From the NCBI GenBank assembly GCA_037127935.1, contig JBAXXM010000006.1, positions 86,579-150,578 of the forward strand: a stretch of DNA of 64,000 bases. Direction: 5' to 3'. This DNA comes from Synechococcaceae cyanobacterium ELA739. GTDB lineage: Bacteria; Cyanobacteriota; Cyanobacteriia; PCC-6307; Cyanobiaceae. Positions within the stretch are counted from its first letter, which is position 1. Each line of letters starts with the position of its first letter. Under the pieces are notes generated by a model. The model saw nothing but the letters and a program-made list of their open reading frames with translations. It ran no database searches and was not told the DNA's origin. Positions 33,090-43,278 of the stretch are shown here, piece after piece. The position numbers and the translations under genes are program-made.

Positions 33090-33674
33090 ATGGAGATCGA
33101 ACGCTTCGACGTCGAGGGGCCGCTGCTGCTCACCCCCCAGGTCTTCGGGGATGACCGCGGCTTCTTCTTCGAGAGCTGGAATCAGCGCCGCTTCGCCGAA
33201 GCGCTCGGCGTGCCGGTGGAGCAGGCGCCGGTCTTCCACCAGGACAACCATTCCCGCTCCAGCCGCGGCGTGTTGCGGGGCCTGCACTACCAGCTTGAGC
33301 CCGAACCCCAGGCCAAGCTGGTGCGCTGCGTCGCCGGTGAGGTGTTCGATGTCGCCGTCGATCTGCGCCGCTCTTCGATCAGCTTCGGCCAGTGGCTCGG
33401 CGCCCGGCTCAGCGCCGAAAACCACAGCCAGCTCTGGGTGCCTGTGGGTTTTGCCCATGGTTTTCTGACCCTAAGCCCGAGCGCCGAAGTGCTTTACAAG
33501 ACCAGCGGTTTCTGGAACAGGGGCTGTGAACGCTCCCTTCGCTGGGATGACCCCAGCCTGGCGATCGCCTGGCCCCTGCAGGAGCTGGACGGTATCGAAC
33601 CCCTGCTGGCGGCCAAGGATGGGGCGGCTCCCAGCCTGGCTGAGGCCCTGGCGTCTGGAGGGGTGTTCCCGTGA
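33090..33674 (+). CDS. rfbC: dTDP-4-dehydrorhamnose 3,5-epimerase
   Basis: FGDDRGFFFES, QDNHSRS, RGLHYQ, GFAHGF. Confidence 0.96.
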   Translation: MEIERFDVEGPLLLTPQVFGDDRGFFFESWNQRRFAEALGVPVEQAPVFHQDNHSRSSRGVLRGLHYQLEPEPQAKLVRCVAGEVFDVAVDLRRSSISFGQWLGARLSAENHSQLWVPVGFAHGFLTLSPSAEVLYKTSGFWNRGCERSLRWDDPSLAIAWPLQELDGIEPLLAAKDGAAPSLAEALASGGVFP

Positions 33675-34567
33675 GCCCGGCGCTGAAGGTGCTGCTGACC
33701 GGCAGCGCCGGCCAACTGGGCCAGGCCCTGCGGGCCAGCAAGCCCGAGGGCATCACCCTGATCGCCTGCGGCCGGGCCGAACTGGACCTCGCCGATGCGG
33801 GCGCCTGCGCCGCGGCGGTTTGCCAGTACAGGCCCGACTGGGTGCTGAATGCCGGTGCCTACACCGCCGTCGATCGGGCCGAACAGGAACCTGAGCTGGC
33901 CATGGCTGTCAATGCTGGCGCTCCGGGGGCCTTTGCCGCTGCCCTGGCGGAGAGCGGCGGCCGTCTGCTGCAGGTCAGTACCGATTTCGTGTTCAACGGT
34001 GAGCAGGGCCATCCCTACCGGCCCGAGCAGCTGGCGGATCCGATCGGCGTCTACGGACGCACCAAGGCGGAGGGAGAACGGCGGGTCCGGGCCGCCCTGC
34101 CCGCCGATCGCTGCTGTGTGCTGCGGACCAGTTGGGTGTACGGGCCGGTGGGCAAGAACTTCTGCCTGACCATGCTGCGGCTGCATGGGCTCAAGGCGGC
34201 GGCCGGCGAACCGTTGGCGGTGGTGGCCGACCAGGTGGGCTGTCCCACCGCCACCCATACCCTGGCGGCGGCCTGCTGGGCCGCCATCGGCCGTCAGGCC
34301 AGCGGTGTCCTGCACTGGAGCGATGCCGGCGCGGCCAGCTGGTATGACTTCGCCCAGGCCATCGGTGATTTGGCGGCGGCCCGGGGGCTGTTGGCCCAAC
34401 CGGCCCAGGTGCGGCCGATCAACACCGCCGACTACCCGACCCCGGCGAGGCGACCGAGCTATTCACTGCTGGACTGCAGCGCCTCCAGAACGCTCCTGGG
34501 TCTGCCCCCCGTGCACTGGCGGGAGGCGCTGGCCCAGGTCCTGGACTCTGTGGAAGCCGCCGGTTGA
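33671..34567 (+). CDS. rfbD: dTDP-4-dehydrorhamnose reductase
   Basis: LTGSAGQLG, AYTAVDRAE, STDFVFNG, YGRTK. Confidence 0.95.
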   Translation: MSPALKVLLTGSAGQLGQALRASKPEGITLIACGRAELDLADAGACAAAVCQYRPDWVLNAGAYTAVDRAEQEPELAMAVNAGAPGAFAAALAESGGRLLQVSTDFVFNGEQGHPYRPEQLADPIGVYGRTKAEGERRVRAALPADRCCVLRTSWVYGPVGKNFCLTMLRLHGLKAAAGEPLAVVADQVGCPTATHTLAAACWAAIGRQASGVLHWSDAGAASWYDFAQAIGDLAAARGLLAQPAQVRPINTADYPTPARRPSYSLLDCSASRTLLGLPPVHWREALAQVLDSVEAAG

Positions 34568-34911
34568 GCCGAGCGGGGGGGACGTGAATGCAACCAGCCC
34601 AGCCTGCCAGGGGTTGATGGACCTGTCCTGAAGCCTGGATGCAAGGCAGGAACCGGGATGGTCCAGTCCTGGTTTTTTTTGATTCGCCCGGGGGATTGCG
34701 GTGGGTGGGGCTGGGTGGATGGCAGCCAGAGCTGAAGGCCGAATGGCAGGCCGAACCCAGCGGGCGGATGCAGGCGCTGACGGATTACGGGATCTGCAGA
34801 AATCGATGCCTTAGGCAGCCAACGCCAACGATCTGCTGGGCGCATGGCCCTGGCTGATCGCCCCTGTCTGATCAGGCCGCTCTCTCTTGCCAGCACCCAC
34901 AGCGAACCCAT

Positions 34912-34938
34912 AAAAAAAGCCCCCTCAGAGAGGGGGCT
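34912..34938 (-). terminator. Rho-independent terminator of pstS
   Basis: A7 tract then AGCCCCCTC-AGA-GAGGGGGCT (hairpin + U-tract on minus strand). Confidence 0.8.
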
Positions 34939-34966
34939 GAGAAGCCTTGGGGCCACCGGGTTCGGC

Positions 34967-35959
34967 TTATTTGCCGATGCTGTTAACAGCCTGGCGGGAC
35001 TGGCTGAGGATTGAACCCTTGAGGGGGATAAAGCCAAGGACTTCACCGCGGAACTGGGTGGAGTCGTCGAGCAGATGCTCCATCGCCTGCTGAATCGCTT
35101 CAGCCTTGTCACCGTTGCCGGTTTTGTAGGCCAGGATCCAGGAGAGGGTGGAGATGGGGTAGCTGGTCTCGCCAGCGGGATTGGCGTCTTCACCGGCCAA
35201 CATGCTGTCCAGCCGGATGTTGTTCAGGGCGGCGGCACCGCTCTTGGCGCTGGGCTTGATAAAGCGGCCAGCCTTGTTTTGAACAGCGGCAGCCTTGATT
35301 TTGCCCTTGACGAAGGCGTCGCTCAGATAGCCAATGGAGCCAGGGGTGTTGGTGATCGTGCCGGCCACACCCTCATTGCCCTTGCCACCGACGCCGACGG
35401 GCCATTTGACGGACTTGCCTTCGCCGACCTTGCTCTTCCACTCCGAGGAGAAGGCGGAGAGGGAGTTGGTGAAGGCGAAGGTGGTGCCGGAACCGTCAGA
35501 GCGGTGCACCACTTTGATCGGGCCGCTGCCGCACTTGAGCTCTTCCCAGGTGCCGATCGTGCCCAGGAAGATGCCGACCACCTGTTGCTGGGTCAGCTTG
35601 AGGGCGGGGCAGCTCGGGTTGTTGAACGCCACGGCAATCGTGCCGCCGGTGGCCGGGAACTGAACCACACCCCGCTTCACCTTGGCCGCCTCGGAGGCCT
35701 TGATCGGCTCATCGGTGGCGCCGAAATCGACGGTGCCGGCGACGAACTGCCGCACACCGGCGCCCGAACCGACCGACTGGTAGTTGACCTTGATGCCCTT
35801 GTTGGCGAGGCCGGCAAATGAGGCCTGATAGAAGGGGGCAGGGAAGGTGGCCCCGGCACCGTTGATGGTGGCGGCCGCCAGTGCTGCGGCGGAAATGGCC
35901 AGACCGCCGCCGAAGGTGACAGTGGTGCCGAGGATCAGGGCCTTCTTCGCGAAGGTCAT
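34967..35959 (-). CDS. pstS: Phosphate ABC transporter substrate-binding protein
   Basis: GAGATFPAP, YQSVGSGAG, HRSDGSGTT, GKGNEGVA, YPIST. Confidence 0.96.
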   Translation of the reverse strand: MTFAKKALILGTTVTFGGGLAISAAALAAATINGAGATFPAPFYQASFAGLANKGIKVNYQSVGSGAGVRQFVAGTVDFGATDEPIKASEAAKVKRGVVQFPATGGTIAVAFNNPSCPALKLTQQQVVGIFLGTIGTWEELKCGSGPIKVVHRSDGSGTTFAFTNSLSAFSSEWKSKVGEGKSVKWPVGVGGKGNEGVAGTITNTPGSIGYLSDAFVKGKIKAAAVQNKAGRFIKPSAKSGAAALNNIRLDSMLAGEDANPAGETSYPISTLSWILAYKTGNGDKAEAIQQAMEHLLDDSTQFRGEVLGFIPLKGSILSQSRQAVNSIGK

Positions 35960-36022
35960 TGCAATGCCAGGGATGGAGCAATACCTGGATAGCTGGTTGG
36001 CGCCCCCCGGGTCGTTATGGCT

Positions 36023-36052
36023 TGTTTAAGAGCCGCTCAAGATCCGCTCACG
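36023..36052 (-). promoter_or_regulatory. Candidate Pho (SphR/PhoB) box
   Basis: Minus strand CGTGAGCG-gat-CTTGAGCG-gct-CTTAAACA, 11-bp periodic, about 65-95 nt upstream of pstS; resembles YTTAAYYW repeats. Confidence 0.5.
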
Positions 36053-36497
36053 GCGCCGGAACGCTGCTCCCTCCACGGCGGCTGAGCGGCCCAGGACCAA
36101 TCGGGCTCCAGATCCCCAGGTGCGCAGGGCCGCAACCGTTCCCGCCGTCGGCAGTGCCAGCAAAGGCTGACGTTCCGCTCCAGCAGCTGCTTCAGCACCG
36201 GCATTCGGCCAGGTCGTCTGCTGGGCCGTTGGATCTGGGCCCGGGCGATGTGAATCGTGTTGGGGCGGGGTGGGTTGCAGGCAGCACGGCCCAGCGGGGG
36301 TCTTGGCCACGATCCCCTTGCGGCATGGACTCGGCGCCTGCCATCGCGATCGGCGTCAACAGGATTGTGGTTGTCCACAACGGGTTCGCGGGCGCCTTGA
36401 CCTGTTCTTAACCAGCTTGAGTCGGGCGGAGTACTAGTTTGAACTTCTAGATGTATCGCCTGTCTTGGCAAGTGATGAGAACGGGGTCCGCTCTCCG

Positions 36498-36719
36498 ATG
36501 GAGGCCCATTCCGGTTACCGCGGCAGCGACTGGTCACCGGAGCGGCTGCTGTTCCATCAGAACCTCGAATCTTTCGCCGAACGGGTGGGGCTGATCGTCG
36601 GCTTGCAGGGCAACGGCAAGCTCAGCCAGGACCAGGCTTACGACCAGATCCGGGCGATCTGGACTGAACTCAAGGACAGCAAGGACGCCCTGTTCGACGG
36701 CAAGGGAACCAGGGACTGA
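36498..36719 (+). CDS. Small conserved cyanobacterial protein
   Basis: YRGSDWSPERLLFHQNLESFAERVGLIVGLQGNGKLSQDQAY pattern. Confidence 0.8.
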   Translation: MEAHSGYRGSDWSPERLLFHQNLESFAERVGLIVGLQGNGKLSQDQAYDQIRAIWTELKDSKDALFDGKGTRD

Positions 36720-36787
36720 AGCCTCGCGCCTATTGGGGCGGCGGCGCGGTGGTGATTCAGCCTCCGCCCCGTTGCTTCGGTTGTGCT

Positions 36788-38506
36788 TCAGGGCATGCCA
36801 GTCCCTGCGTCCAGCCCGCAGCGGTAGAGGGTGAGTGGGGCCTGGCTGCCCAGGGCCTGGCAGCGCAGATCGGGGGCCTGGGGCGGCTCAAGGCTGAGCA
36901 GCAGGATCTTTTGCGCCGGAGCCAGGGTCAGATGGTCCTCGCCGCGCAGGCGGCGGCACCCATACCAGTTGAGGCTGGGGCGCTCCTGCTGCTGCCAGAG
37001 GCGTATCGGCTCGGATTCGTGGCCCACCAGCAGCGCGGCCAGGCGCGGCACGGGCCAGGTCTCATGCAGCTCCCACAGCCACTGGGGGCTGGCCAACAGC
37101 AGCAGCAGGGCCAGCCAGGTGCCCAGCCCCAGCACCAGGCCCCCCAGGCGGCGTTGGCGCCGTTCCCCCTGGCTCAGCAGCCAGGCCCCGACCACCAACG
37201 CCGAGCCGAACACCAGGGCGATGGCGGCGGCGGGCCGCAGCGGCGGCACGAACCCCAGCAGGGAGCCCAGGGCCGCCGCCAGCACCACCGCGCCGAGCAG
37301 GCCCCAGCAGCGGGGCAGACGGATCAGCCAGCCGGAGCCCGGGGGGCGGTCCTGGGGTTGGCGATCCAGCAGCCAGGCCAGGACGGGCCCGCAGACCAGG
37401 GCGAAGGGGGGCCAGAGCAGCAGGCTGTACCAGGGCAACTGGGTGCGCAGGGGCAGCACCATCAGGCTCATCGCCAGGGTCAGCCCCAGGCACCAGAGCC
37501 CGGCCCGGCCGCGGCGCTCCCGCCAGGCCAGGGCCAGGCCGAAGGGCCAGAGGGGCAGCCAGGGCCAGCCCCCCTCCAGCATCTCCAGCGCGGCGCTGAG
37601 CGGGCCATCGCGATGGCCCTCGATGGCGCTGCCGATGCGGGCATAACCCTGGCCGAGCCACATCTGCAGCGCCCCGTCACCGCGCACCAGCCAGTGGCCC
37701 AGATGCCAGGCCAGGCCGGGCAGCAGCCCGAGCAGCAGGGCCAGGATCAGCGGCAGCCATCGCCGGGGCCGCAGATCCCGCTCCAGGGCCCGCAGCACCA
37801 GGGCCGACACCAGCACGGGCAGGGCGGTGGGTGCCTTGAGCAGCAGCAGGGCACTGCCGGCCAGGCCGGCCAGGAGTCCCCAGGCAGCAATTCGCCGCCA
37901 GGAGCCCACGGCCCCGAGCACAGCCCACCAGAGCAGGGCGATGGCCACCAGCTGCACCCCGTCGAGCATCACCCGATGGCCGTGGCGGGCCAGGGGCAGC
38001 AGGGTGAGGGCGATGGCGGCCGTGGCCAAGGCGGAGGTGCGTTCTCCGGGCCGCAGCCGCCACTGGATCAGGCCCAGCAGCGGCACCAGCAGGGACGACA
38101 GCCCCGCCGGCGCGAGGCGCAGCACCCATTCCGGTGGCAGGGCCGCGGCGGCAGTCGCCCCGGACAATGCCGCAGGGATCGCGCCCGAGACCACACCTGG
38201 GACCGCACCGCCAGCCATGGGGCCAGTCCCGCTGCCGGCCACGGAGCTGAACTGGCGCCACAGATCGATGCAGGCGGCGATCAGCCAGTGGATCAGCGGA
38301 GGCTTGTTGAGATAGGGCTCACCCCAGTAGGTGGGCCAGAGCCGCTCCGGCCAGGGGAGGCGGCTGGTCTCCAGGGCCACCCGGGCGACGATGCCCTCGT
38401 CCCAGTCCACCAGGGGCACGCCGCCGAGGCCGGTGAACGCCAGGATCAGGGCCAGGAGCCAGAGCAGCAGCAGGCCGGTGGCCAGCGGGCGGTCCTGGTT
38501 GCCCAT
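36788..38506 (-). CDS. ArnT/PMT-family (GT-C) membrane glycosyltransferase
   Basis: DWDEGIVARVA, YLNKPPL, MLDGVQ, LLLKAP; many TM helices. Confidence 0.88.
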   Translation of the reverse strand: MGNQDRPLATGLLLLWLLALILAFTGLGGVPLVDWDEGIVARVALETSRLPWPERLWPTYWGEPYLNKPPLIHWLIAACIDLWRQFSSVAGSGTGPMAGGAVPGVVSGAIPAALSGATAAAALPPEWVLRLAPAGLSSLLVPLLGLIQWRLRPGERTSALATAAIALTLLPLARHGHRVMLDGVQLVAIALLWWAVLGAVGSWRRIAAWGLLAGLAGSALLLLKAPTALPVLVSALVLRALERDLRPRRWLPLILALLLGLLPGLAWHLGHWLVRGDGALQMWLGQGYARIGSAIEGHRDGPLSAALEMLEGGWPWLPLWPFGLALAWRERRGRAGLWCLGLTLAMSLMVLPLRTQLPWYSLLLWPPFALVCGPVLAWLLDRQPQDRPPGSGWLIRLPRCWGLLGAVVLAAALGSLLGFVPPLRPAAAIALVFGSALVVGAWLLSQGERRQRRLGGLVLGLGTWLALLLLLASPQWLWELHETWPVPRLAALLVGHESEPIRLWQQQERPSLNWYGCRRLRGEDHLTLAPAQKILLLSLEPPQAPDLRCQALGSQAPLTLYRCGLDAGTGMP

Positions 38507-38581
38507 GCCCCGCAGTCGGCCCCTGCCCATCCCAACCCCATCCGATCGCGCCCCATCATCCCCGCGTCCGCAGCACTGGCT

Positions 38582-40285
38582 TCAGTTCTGGCACTGGCGG
38601 AAGGGCTGCCGCAGCAGAAACAGGGCTTGGCGGCCTTCGAGCCGGATGCCGCCGCGTCGCCAGCTGCCCCAGCGGGTGACGTATTTGTGGCCATCGCCGC
38701 GGCGCTCGATCGCCACGGTCAGCGGTTGATCCAGCGCGACGTAACAGCCCTCCAGCCGGGTGAGGCTCAGATCCAGCACCGGCTGATCGATGGGGGCGGT
38801 GCCCTTGTTGATCAGCACCAGGCCTTCGGCTCCCCGCTCCAGCATTGCCAGCAGCGGATTGTCGATCACCCGCAGGAATTGCTCCGAGACGTTGGCACCG
38901 GCCCTGGCGCGCTCGCGGATCGCCCGCCGAAAGCGCACGCCGCTGCGGATCACGGCCGAGCGGCGGTGGTCGTCGCCGAAGATCAGCGGTGTGCCCGCTT
39001 CGCGGCCCAGCACCACGGCCGCCGCCAGCCAGGCATCGCCCACGTCGCTCCAGGGGTCGAGGGCGGTGCGGGGATCGTCGCGCAGTTCCGCAATCGTGTC
39101 GTGGTTGCGGGCGAAGCTGACGCTGCGGCGATCGTTGACGGCCGCCGGCGGCAGGCTGCGCAGATCGCCGCCCCAGCCGAAGGCCCGCCGCAGCGAGCGA
39201 TAGAGGACAAAGTCGGTGACCGGCGCCAGCTGGTTGTAGTTTTCGGCGCGGGTGTCGGCGTCTTCGATCACCTCCAGGTAGCTCCAGGCCCGGCCGCCGC
39301 TGCGGCGGGCGATGAAGGCGAGGTGATCGGCCAGCACCGCCGGTTCCAGGTGCTTGGCCGCATCGAAGCGGAAGCCGTCGACCCCCAGCTCCAGCAGCCG
39401 GCTCAGATGCTGGCGCTGGCGGGCCCGCACCCGCTCCGTGAAGCGCAGGTCCGGCAGCCCGCCCAGCCAGCAGAACAATTCGCGCTGGCGGTTGCCATCG
39501 GCGTAGCCGTTGCCGGGGCCGCCGCCATCGGTATCAGCGCAGGGGCGGCGGCCGGGAGCCTCGGGCGGGGTGCGGAAATCGGCAGGGCCCAGGCCCGGGA
39601 AGGCGCCCAGATCCTCGTGATCATCACCACCGCTGAGGTTGGCCATGTGGTTGAACACCACATCGGCGAGCACCTTGACGCCGCAGCCATGGGCGCGCTG
39701 GCTGAGCGCCCGGAGCTCGGCTTCGCTGCCCAGTCCCTCGATCACGGTGCTGTCGATCGGCTGGTAGCGCTTCCACCACTGGGGCCCCGGGGTGGAGCGC
39801 TGCAGGGGGGAGAGCTGCACGTGGCTGTAGCCCGCCTGGCCCAGGGCGCAGACCTGGGGGGTGATCTCCTTGAGGGGCACCTGAAAGGCGTGGTAGATCG
39901 CCAGCGGCGGCTCCGGCTTTGGCGGCAACGGGTGTGCCGGTACCGGCAGCAAGACCAGGCCGGCCAACGGCAGCCGCCGCCCGAGTCGGCTCGCGGAGCC
40001 CGGGCCTGAACGTGGTGGTCGTGGCCGATGCCAGGTGAACAGAGCCAGGGGTGCGACCTGCTTGAGAGTTTGCTGAACAGCGCCCCCGGACTGCGGGCGT
40101 GGGAGGGGCAGGACTCCGGAGCGGTGCAGGGATCGAGCAGATCCCGGCGAGTGGCGGTTGAGTTGCGGAGCAGTTGTTCGCGCGTCGCTCAGGAGAGTGC
40201 TGGCCCAAGCCGCTGGTGACAACGACTCTGAAGACAAAAAACCTCTGAACAGATCTGCTGGAGGATTCGCTGAGCCACCCCGCAC
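38582..40285 (-). CDS. GH13 alpha-amylase family protein (true start probably downstream, about 39970-40050)
   Basis: GYSHVQLSP, WWKRYQP, ADVVFNHMA, GFRFDAAKH, YLEVI, NHD. Confidence 0.88.
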   Translation of the reverse strand: MRGGSANPPADLFRGFLSSESLSPAAWASTLLSDARTTAPQLNRHSPGSARSLHRSGVLPLPRPQSGGAVQQTLKQVAPLALFTWHRPRPPRSGPGSASRLGRRLPLAGLVLLPVPAHPLPPKPEPPLAIYHAFQVPLKEITPQVCALGQAGYSHVQLSPLQRSTPGPQWWKRYQPIDSTVIEGLGSEAELRALSQRAHGCGVKVLADVVFNHMANLSGGDDHEDLGAFPGLGPADFRTPPEAPGRRPCADTDGGGPGNGYADGNRQRELFCWLGGLPDLRFTERVRARQRQHLSRLLELGVDGFRFDAAKHLEPAVLADHLAFIARRSGGRAWSYLEVIEDADTRAENYNQLAPVTDFVLYRSLRRAFGWGGDLRSLPPAAVNDRRSVSFARNHDTIAELRDDPRTALDPWSDVGDAWLAAAVVLGREAGTPLIFGDDHRRSAVIRSGVRFRRAIRERARAGANVSEQFLRVIDNPLLAMLERGAEGLVLINKGTAPIDQPVLDLSLTRLEGCYVALDQPLTVAIERRGDGHKYVTRWGSWRRGGIRLEGRQALFLLRQPFRQCQN

Positions 40286-40829
40286 TGCTGCCGGCAGCAG
40301 TGGTCGTCGATGGAATGGGATTGCCCCCGTCCTATGCAGTCGAGAACAAGATCCGCGGCAATGGCGATCTCAGGCACGGTTGAAGGGACTGTTGCTGGCC
40401 GCGGCCGATCAGCTCCATCGCTCCAGGCTGGAAGCTGATGGGCCCGCCAGCGGGTCTTGAGCCGCGAACCCATCCGGCGCACTTGGGATGACTTGGCCAC
40501 TGCCGTCATCAGAATCTTTAAAAAGTGCACGCTTGCCACGATCGCGAGGCTTGGCGGCTTAACACCTGACAAGAATCCAGGTCCTGTCCGCCAGGCGGGT
40601 GACTGCGTTTTTGAGCCAATCTCCCTTCGGATTCCTCGCCGCTGCCTGATTCAGGCCGTCAGGGTGCCGATGGTTTTCGGTTAGATCCAGCCCGATTCCC
40701 CAGGCGACTGGAACTGGAGCTCTCAGCGGAGGCCCACGATCGGTTGTTGCAATGGGCTGAACGCTCAGGCCGTTCACCGGGGGAGTTGGCCCAGCGTCTG
40801 ATCAGCCAGTCCCTCCATCAGGGCGTTGA

Positions 40830-41630
40830 TCATCGGGACAACCCGGACGATCCCCAGCAGCTGGACGCTGTCGGGCCTTCCTGAACCAGCAGCAGCACTC
40901 TCACCCCATCGGCGTGGTGGGCGACCGGCAGGATCTCCATCTCCACGGGGTGGAACCTGCCGTCCTGGCTGCGGAGCGCCAGCAGACGCCGTTGCAGGGC
41001 ATCGCTGCCTTCCAGCACGCTTTTCAACGTCGCTTCCAGATTTTCGCCCGGCCAGGCCTGGCCATCGGCTTGCGTGGCCAGCGGCCCCGCAGCCAAGGCA
41101 GACCCAGGCAGGCCCACAATCGCCTGGGGGCTGAAGCCCACCAGCGCACAGAAACGGGCGTTGGCCATCACCACCTTCAGATCGCCATCCAGGCCGGCCA
41201 TCGCCAACAGGCTGGTCTCGGCCAGGGACTCCAGGATCGCCGTCAGCTGCTGGGCCTGTTCTTCCAGGGCCCGCAGTTCGGTGATGTCGGTGAGGGTGCC
41301 GACCACAACGTGATCGCAGCCTTCCTGCAACACTTTGGCCGCTTCCTGCACCCAGTGCTCGCGGCCATCGCGACTGTGCAGGCGATAAATCACCGACCAG
41401 GTGGCCAGGGGCAGCTTCAGCCGCGGGGCCATCGCCGCCGCCACCCCGCCCCGCGGCAGGGCCAGCAGCAGGCTGTCCGGCCCCAACTCCAGCTGGTCGA
41501 CGCAGGCCTCCGCCAGGGCCAGTCCCGCCTGATGGCGGTTGAGCCAGAGGGGGGGGCTGGAGGGGCATGGGGGCCTCTGGGGAAGACAGATTGGCGTCAG
41601 GCCATCGTCGGCCCAAACTTCTGCAGCCAC
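40830..41630 (-). pseudogene. Chimeric remnant: phosphoribosyltransferase N-terminus fused to PAC-PAS fragment
   Basis: LWLNRHQAGLALA...LLALPRGGV...LPLATWSV then YRLHSRDGREHWVQE...GTLTDITE and a PAS segment. Confidence 0.6.
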
Positions 41631-42059
41631 CAGTGCGGCTGCGCTTGGCGGCCTGCCGCAGGCAGTCGGGTGCCTCGAACAGGTGGCTCGCCGCCTGTCT
41701 CTTCGACCAGGTCAAACTCGGCGAGGCTCATTGAGCGCTGCAGAGCCGGTTCTGCACCGCCGCCGCTCAGGCCAGGGCACGCCCAGAGGTTTGCCCCGCC
41801 AGCGTCTTGTCGGCCTCAGGATCCCTGATGGGGCCAGTGCGGCCTCCATGATCCCAGAGCCACCATGAGCCCACGCCTCTCGGACGGGATTCGAGTGCCG
41901 CCAGCCCCGCGGCAACGCCAGCCTGGACGATCGATCACAAGCGGCATCGCGGCCACAGGCCAGGCCTTTGGCCCCATCCGCCGAACCCGCCATCACCCCG
42001 GCCGCTGACTGGTCAGCTGCCGCCAGCGGTTTCGTCCAGGGCTTCGGTCGGCCCCGGGT

Positions 42060-43169
42060 TCAATCCTCGGCCCAGATGTACTTGGTCAGCTCGCTGCCAT
42101 CGGGCTCGGGAGCGGCCAGGGCGAACTCCACGCAGTCGGCCACCACGGCATCGATCTCCTTGTCGATCTCCTTGAGCTCGGCCTCGCTGGCGTGGCCATC
42201 ACGGGTCAGCCGCGCGGCCAACTGCTTGATCGGATCGCGCTTGGCCCAGAACTCCTTCTCCTCGGCGGCCCGCAGTTCGTCCGGATCGGCCAGGGAATGG
42301 CCGCGGAAGCGGTAGGTCAGGCACTCCAGCAGGGTCGGCCCCTCGCCGGCGCGGGCGCGCTCGATGGCGCGCTGGGCGGCGCCACGCACCGCCAGCACGT
42401 CCATGCCATCCACCTCTTCACCGGCCATGCCGAAGGCGGCGGCCTTGCGCCAGATCTCCGGATCGCTGGTGGCGCGGTTGTGGTCCATGCCGATCGCCCA
42501 GCGGTTGTTCTCGACCACGAACAGGATCGGCAGCTTCCAGAGCGCGGCCATGTTCAGACATTCGTAGAACTGGCCCACGTTGCAGGTGCCATCCCCGAAG
42601 AAGGCGGCGGTGACCGCATCACTGTCGGCCTGGCCGAGGGCATCGCGCTTGTAGCGGCTGGTGAAGGCGGCGCCGAGGGCCACCGGGATGCCTTCGCCGA
42701 TGAAGGCGTAGCCGCCGAGCAGGTGATGCTCCTTGGAGAACAGGTGCATCGAGCCACCGCGACCCTTGCTGCAGCCCGTCTCCTTGCCGAACAGCTCACT
42801 CATCACCTCCCGGGCGGGCACGCCGCAGCTGAGGGCGTGGACGTGGTCGCGGTAGGTGCTGCAGAACCAGTCGTGCTGCAGCTTCATCGCCTTGATCACC
42901 CCCGTGCTGACGGCCTCCTGACCGTTGTAGAGGTGCACGAATCCAAACATTTTGCCGCGGTAGTACATCTCGGCGCACTTGTCCTCGAAGCGGCGGCCGA
43001 GGGTCATGTCGCGGTAGAGCATCAGCCCTTCATCGCGGCTGATCGCACTGGGTTCCGAGGGGTACAGGCCCTGATGACGCAGGGCGTGACTGCCGGCTTC
43101 AGCGGGCACGGCGGCGGCGGCAGCGGCTGCCTCGGCAGCGGTGCGTGCGGCGGTCAGTTCCTGGGTCAT
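42060..43169 (-). CDS. pdhA: Pyruvate dehydrogenase E1 alpha
   Basis: [34 protein letters not shown]. Confidence 0.97.
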   Translation of the reverse strand: MTQELTAARTAAEAAAAAAAVPAEAGSHALRHQGLYPSEPSAISRDEGLMLYRDMTLGRRFEDKCAEMYYRGKMFGFVHLYNGQEAVSTGVIKAMKLQHDWFCSTYRDHVHALSCGVPAREVMSELFGKETGCSKGRGGSMHLFSKEHHLLGGYAFIGEGIPVALGAAFTSRYKRDALGQADSDAVTAAFFGDGTCNVGQFYECLNMAALWKLPILFVVENNRWAIGMDHNRATSDPEIWRKAAAFGMAGEEVDGMDVLAVRGAAQRAIERARAGEGPTLLECLTYRFRGHSLADPDELRAAEEKEFWAKRDPIKQLAARLTRDGHASEAELKEIDKEIDAVVADCVEFALAAPEPDGSELTKYIWAED

Positions 43170-43278
43170 GTCAGGAGACCATGGCGAATCATGCCCGCGA
43201 CTGTACGGGGTCCGTCCCCTGGGTACGGTCAAAATTGCTGCTCCTGACTACAGTCACGCCCCAGTGCGCCACTGTCGG

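Noticed and set aside
34639-34857. 72-aa ORF between rfbD and pstS
   Set aside because: No motif, no RBS and atypical composition; probably non-coding
41630-42050. Short ORFs between the PAS remnant and pdhA
   Set aside because: No recognisable similarity in any frame
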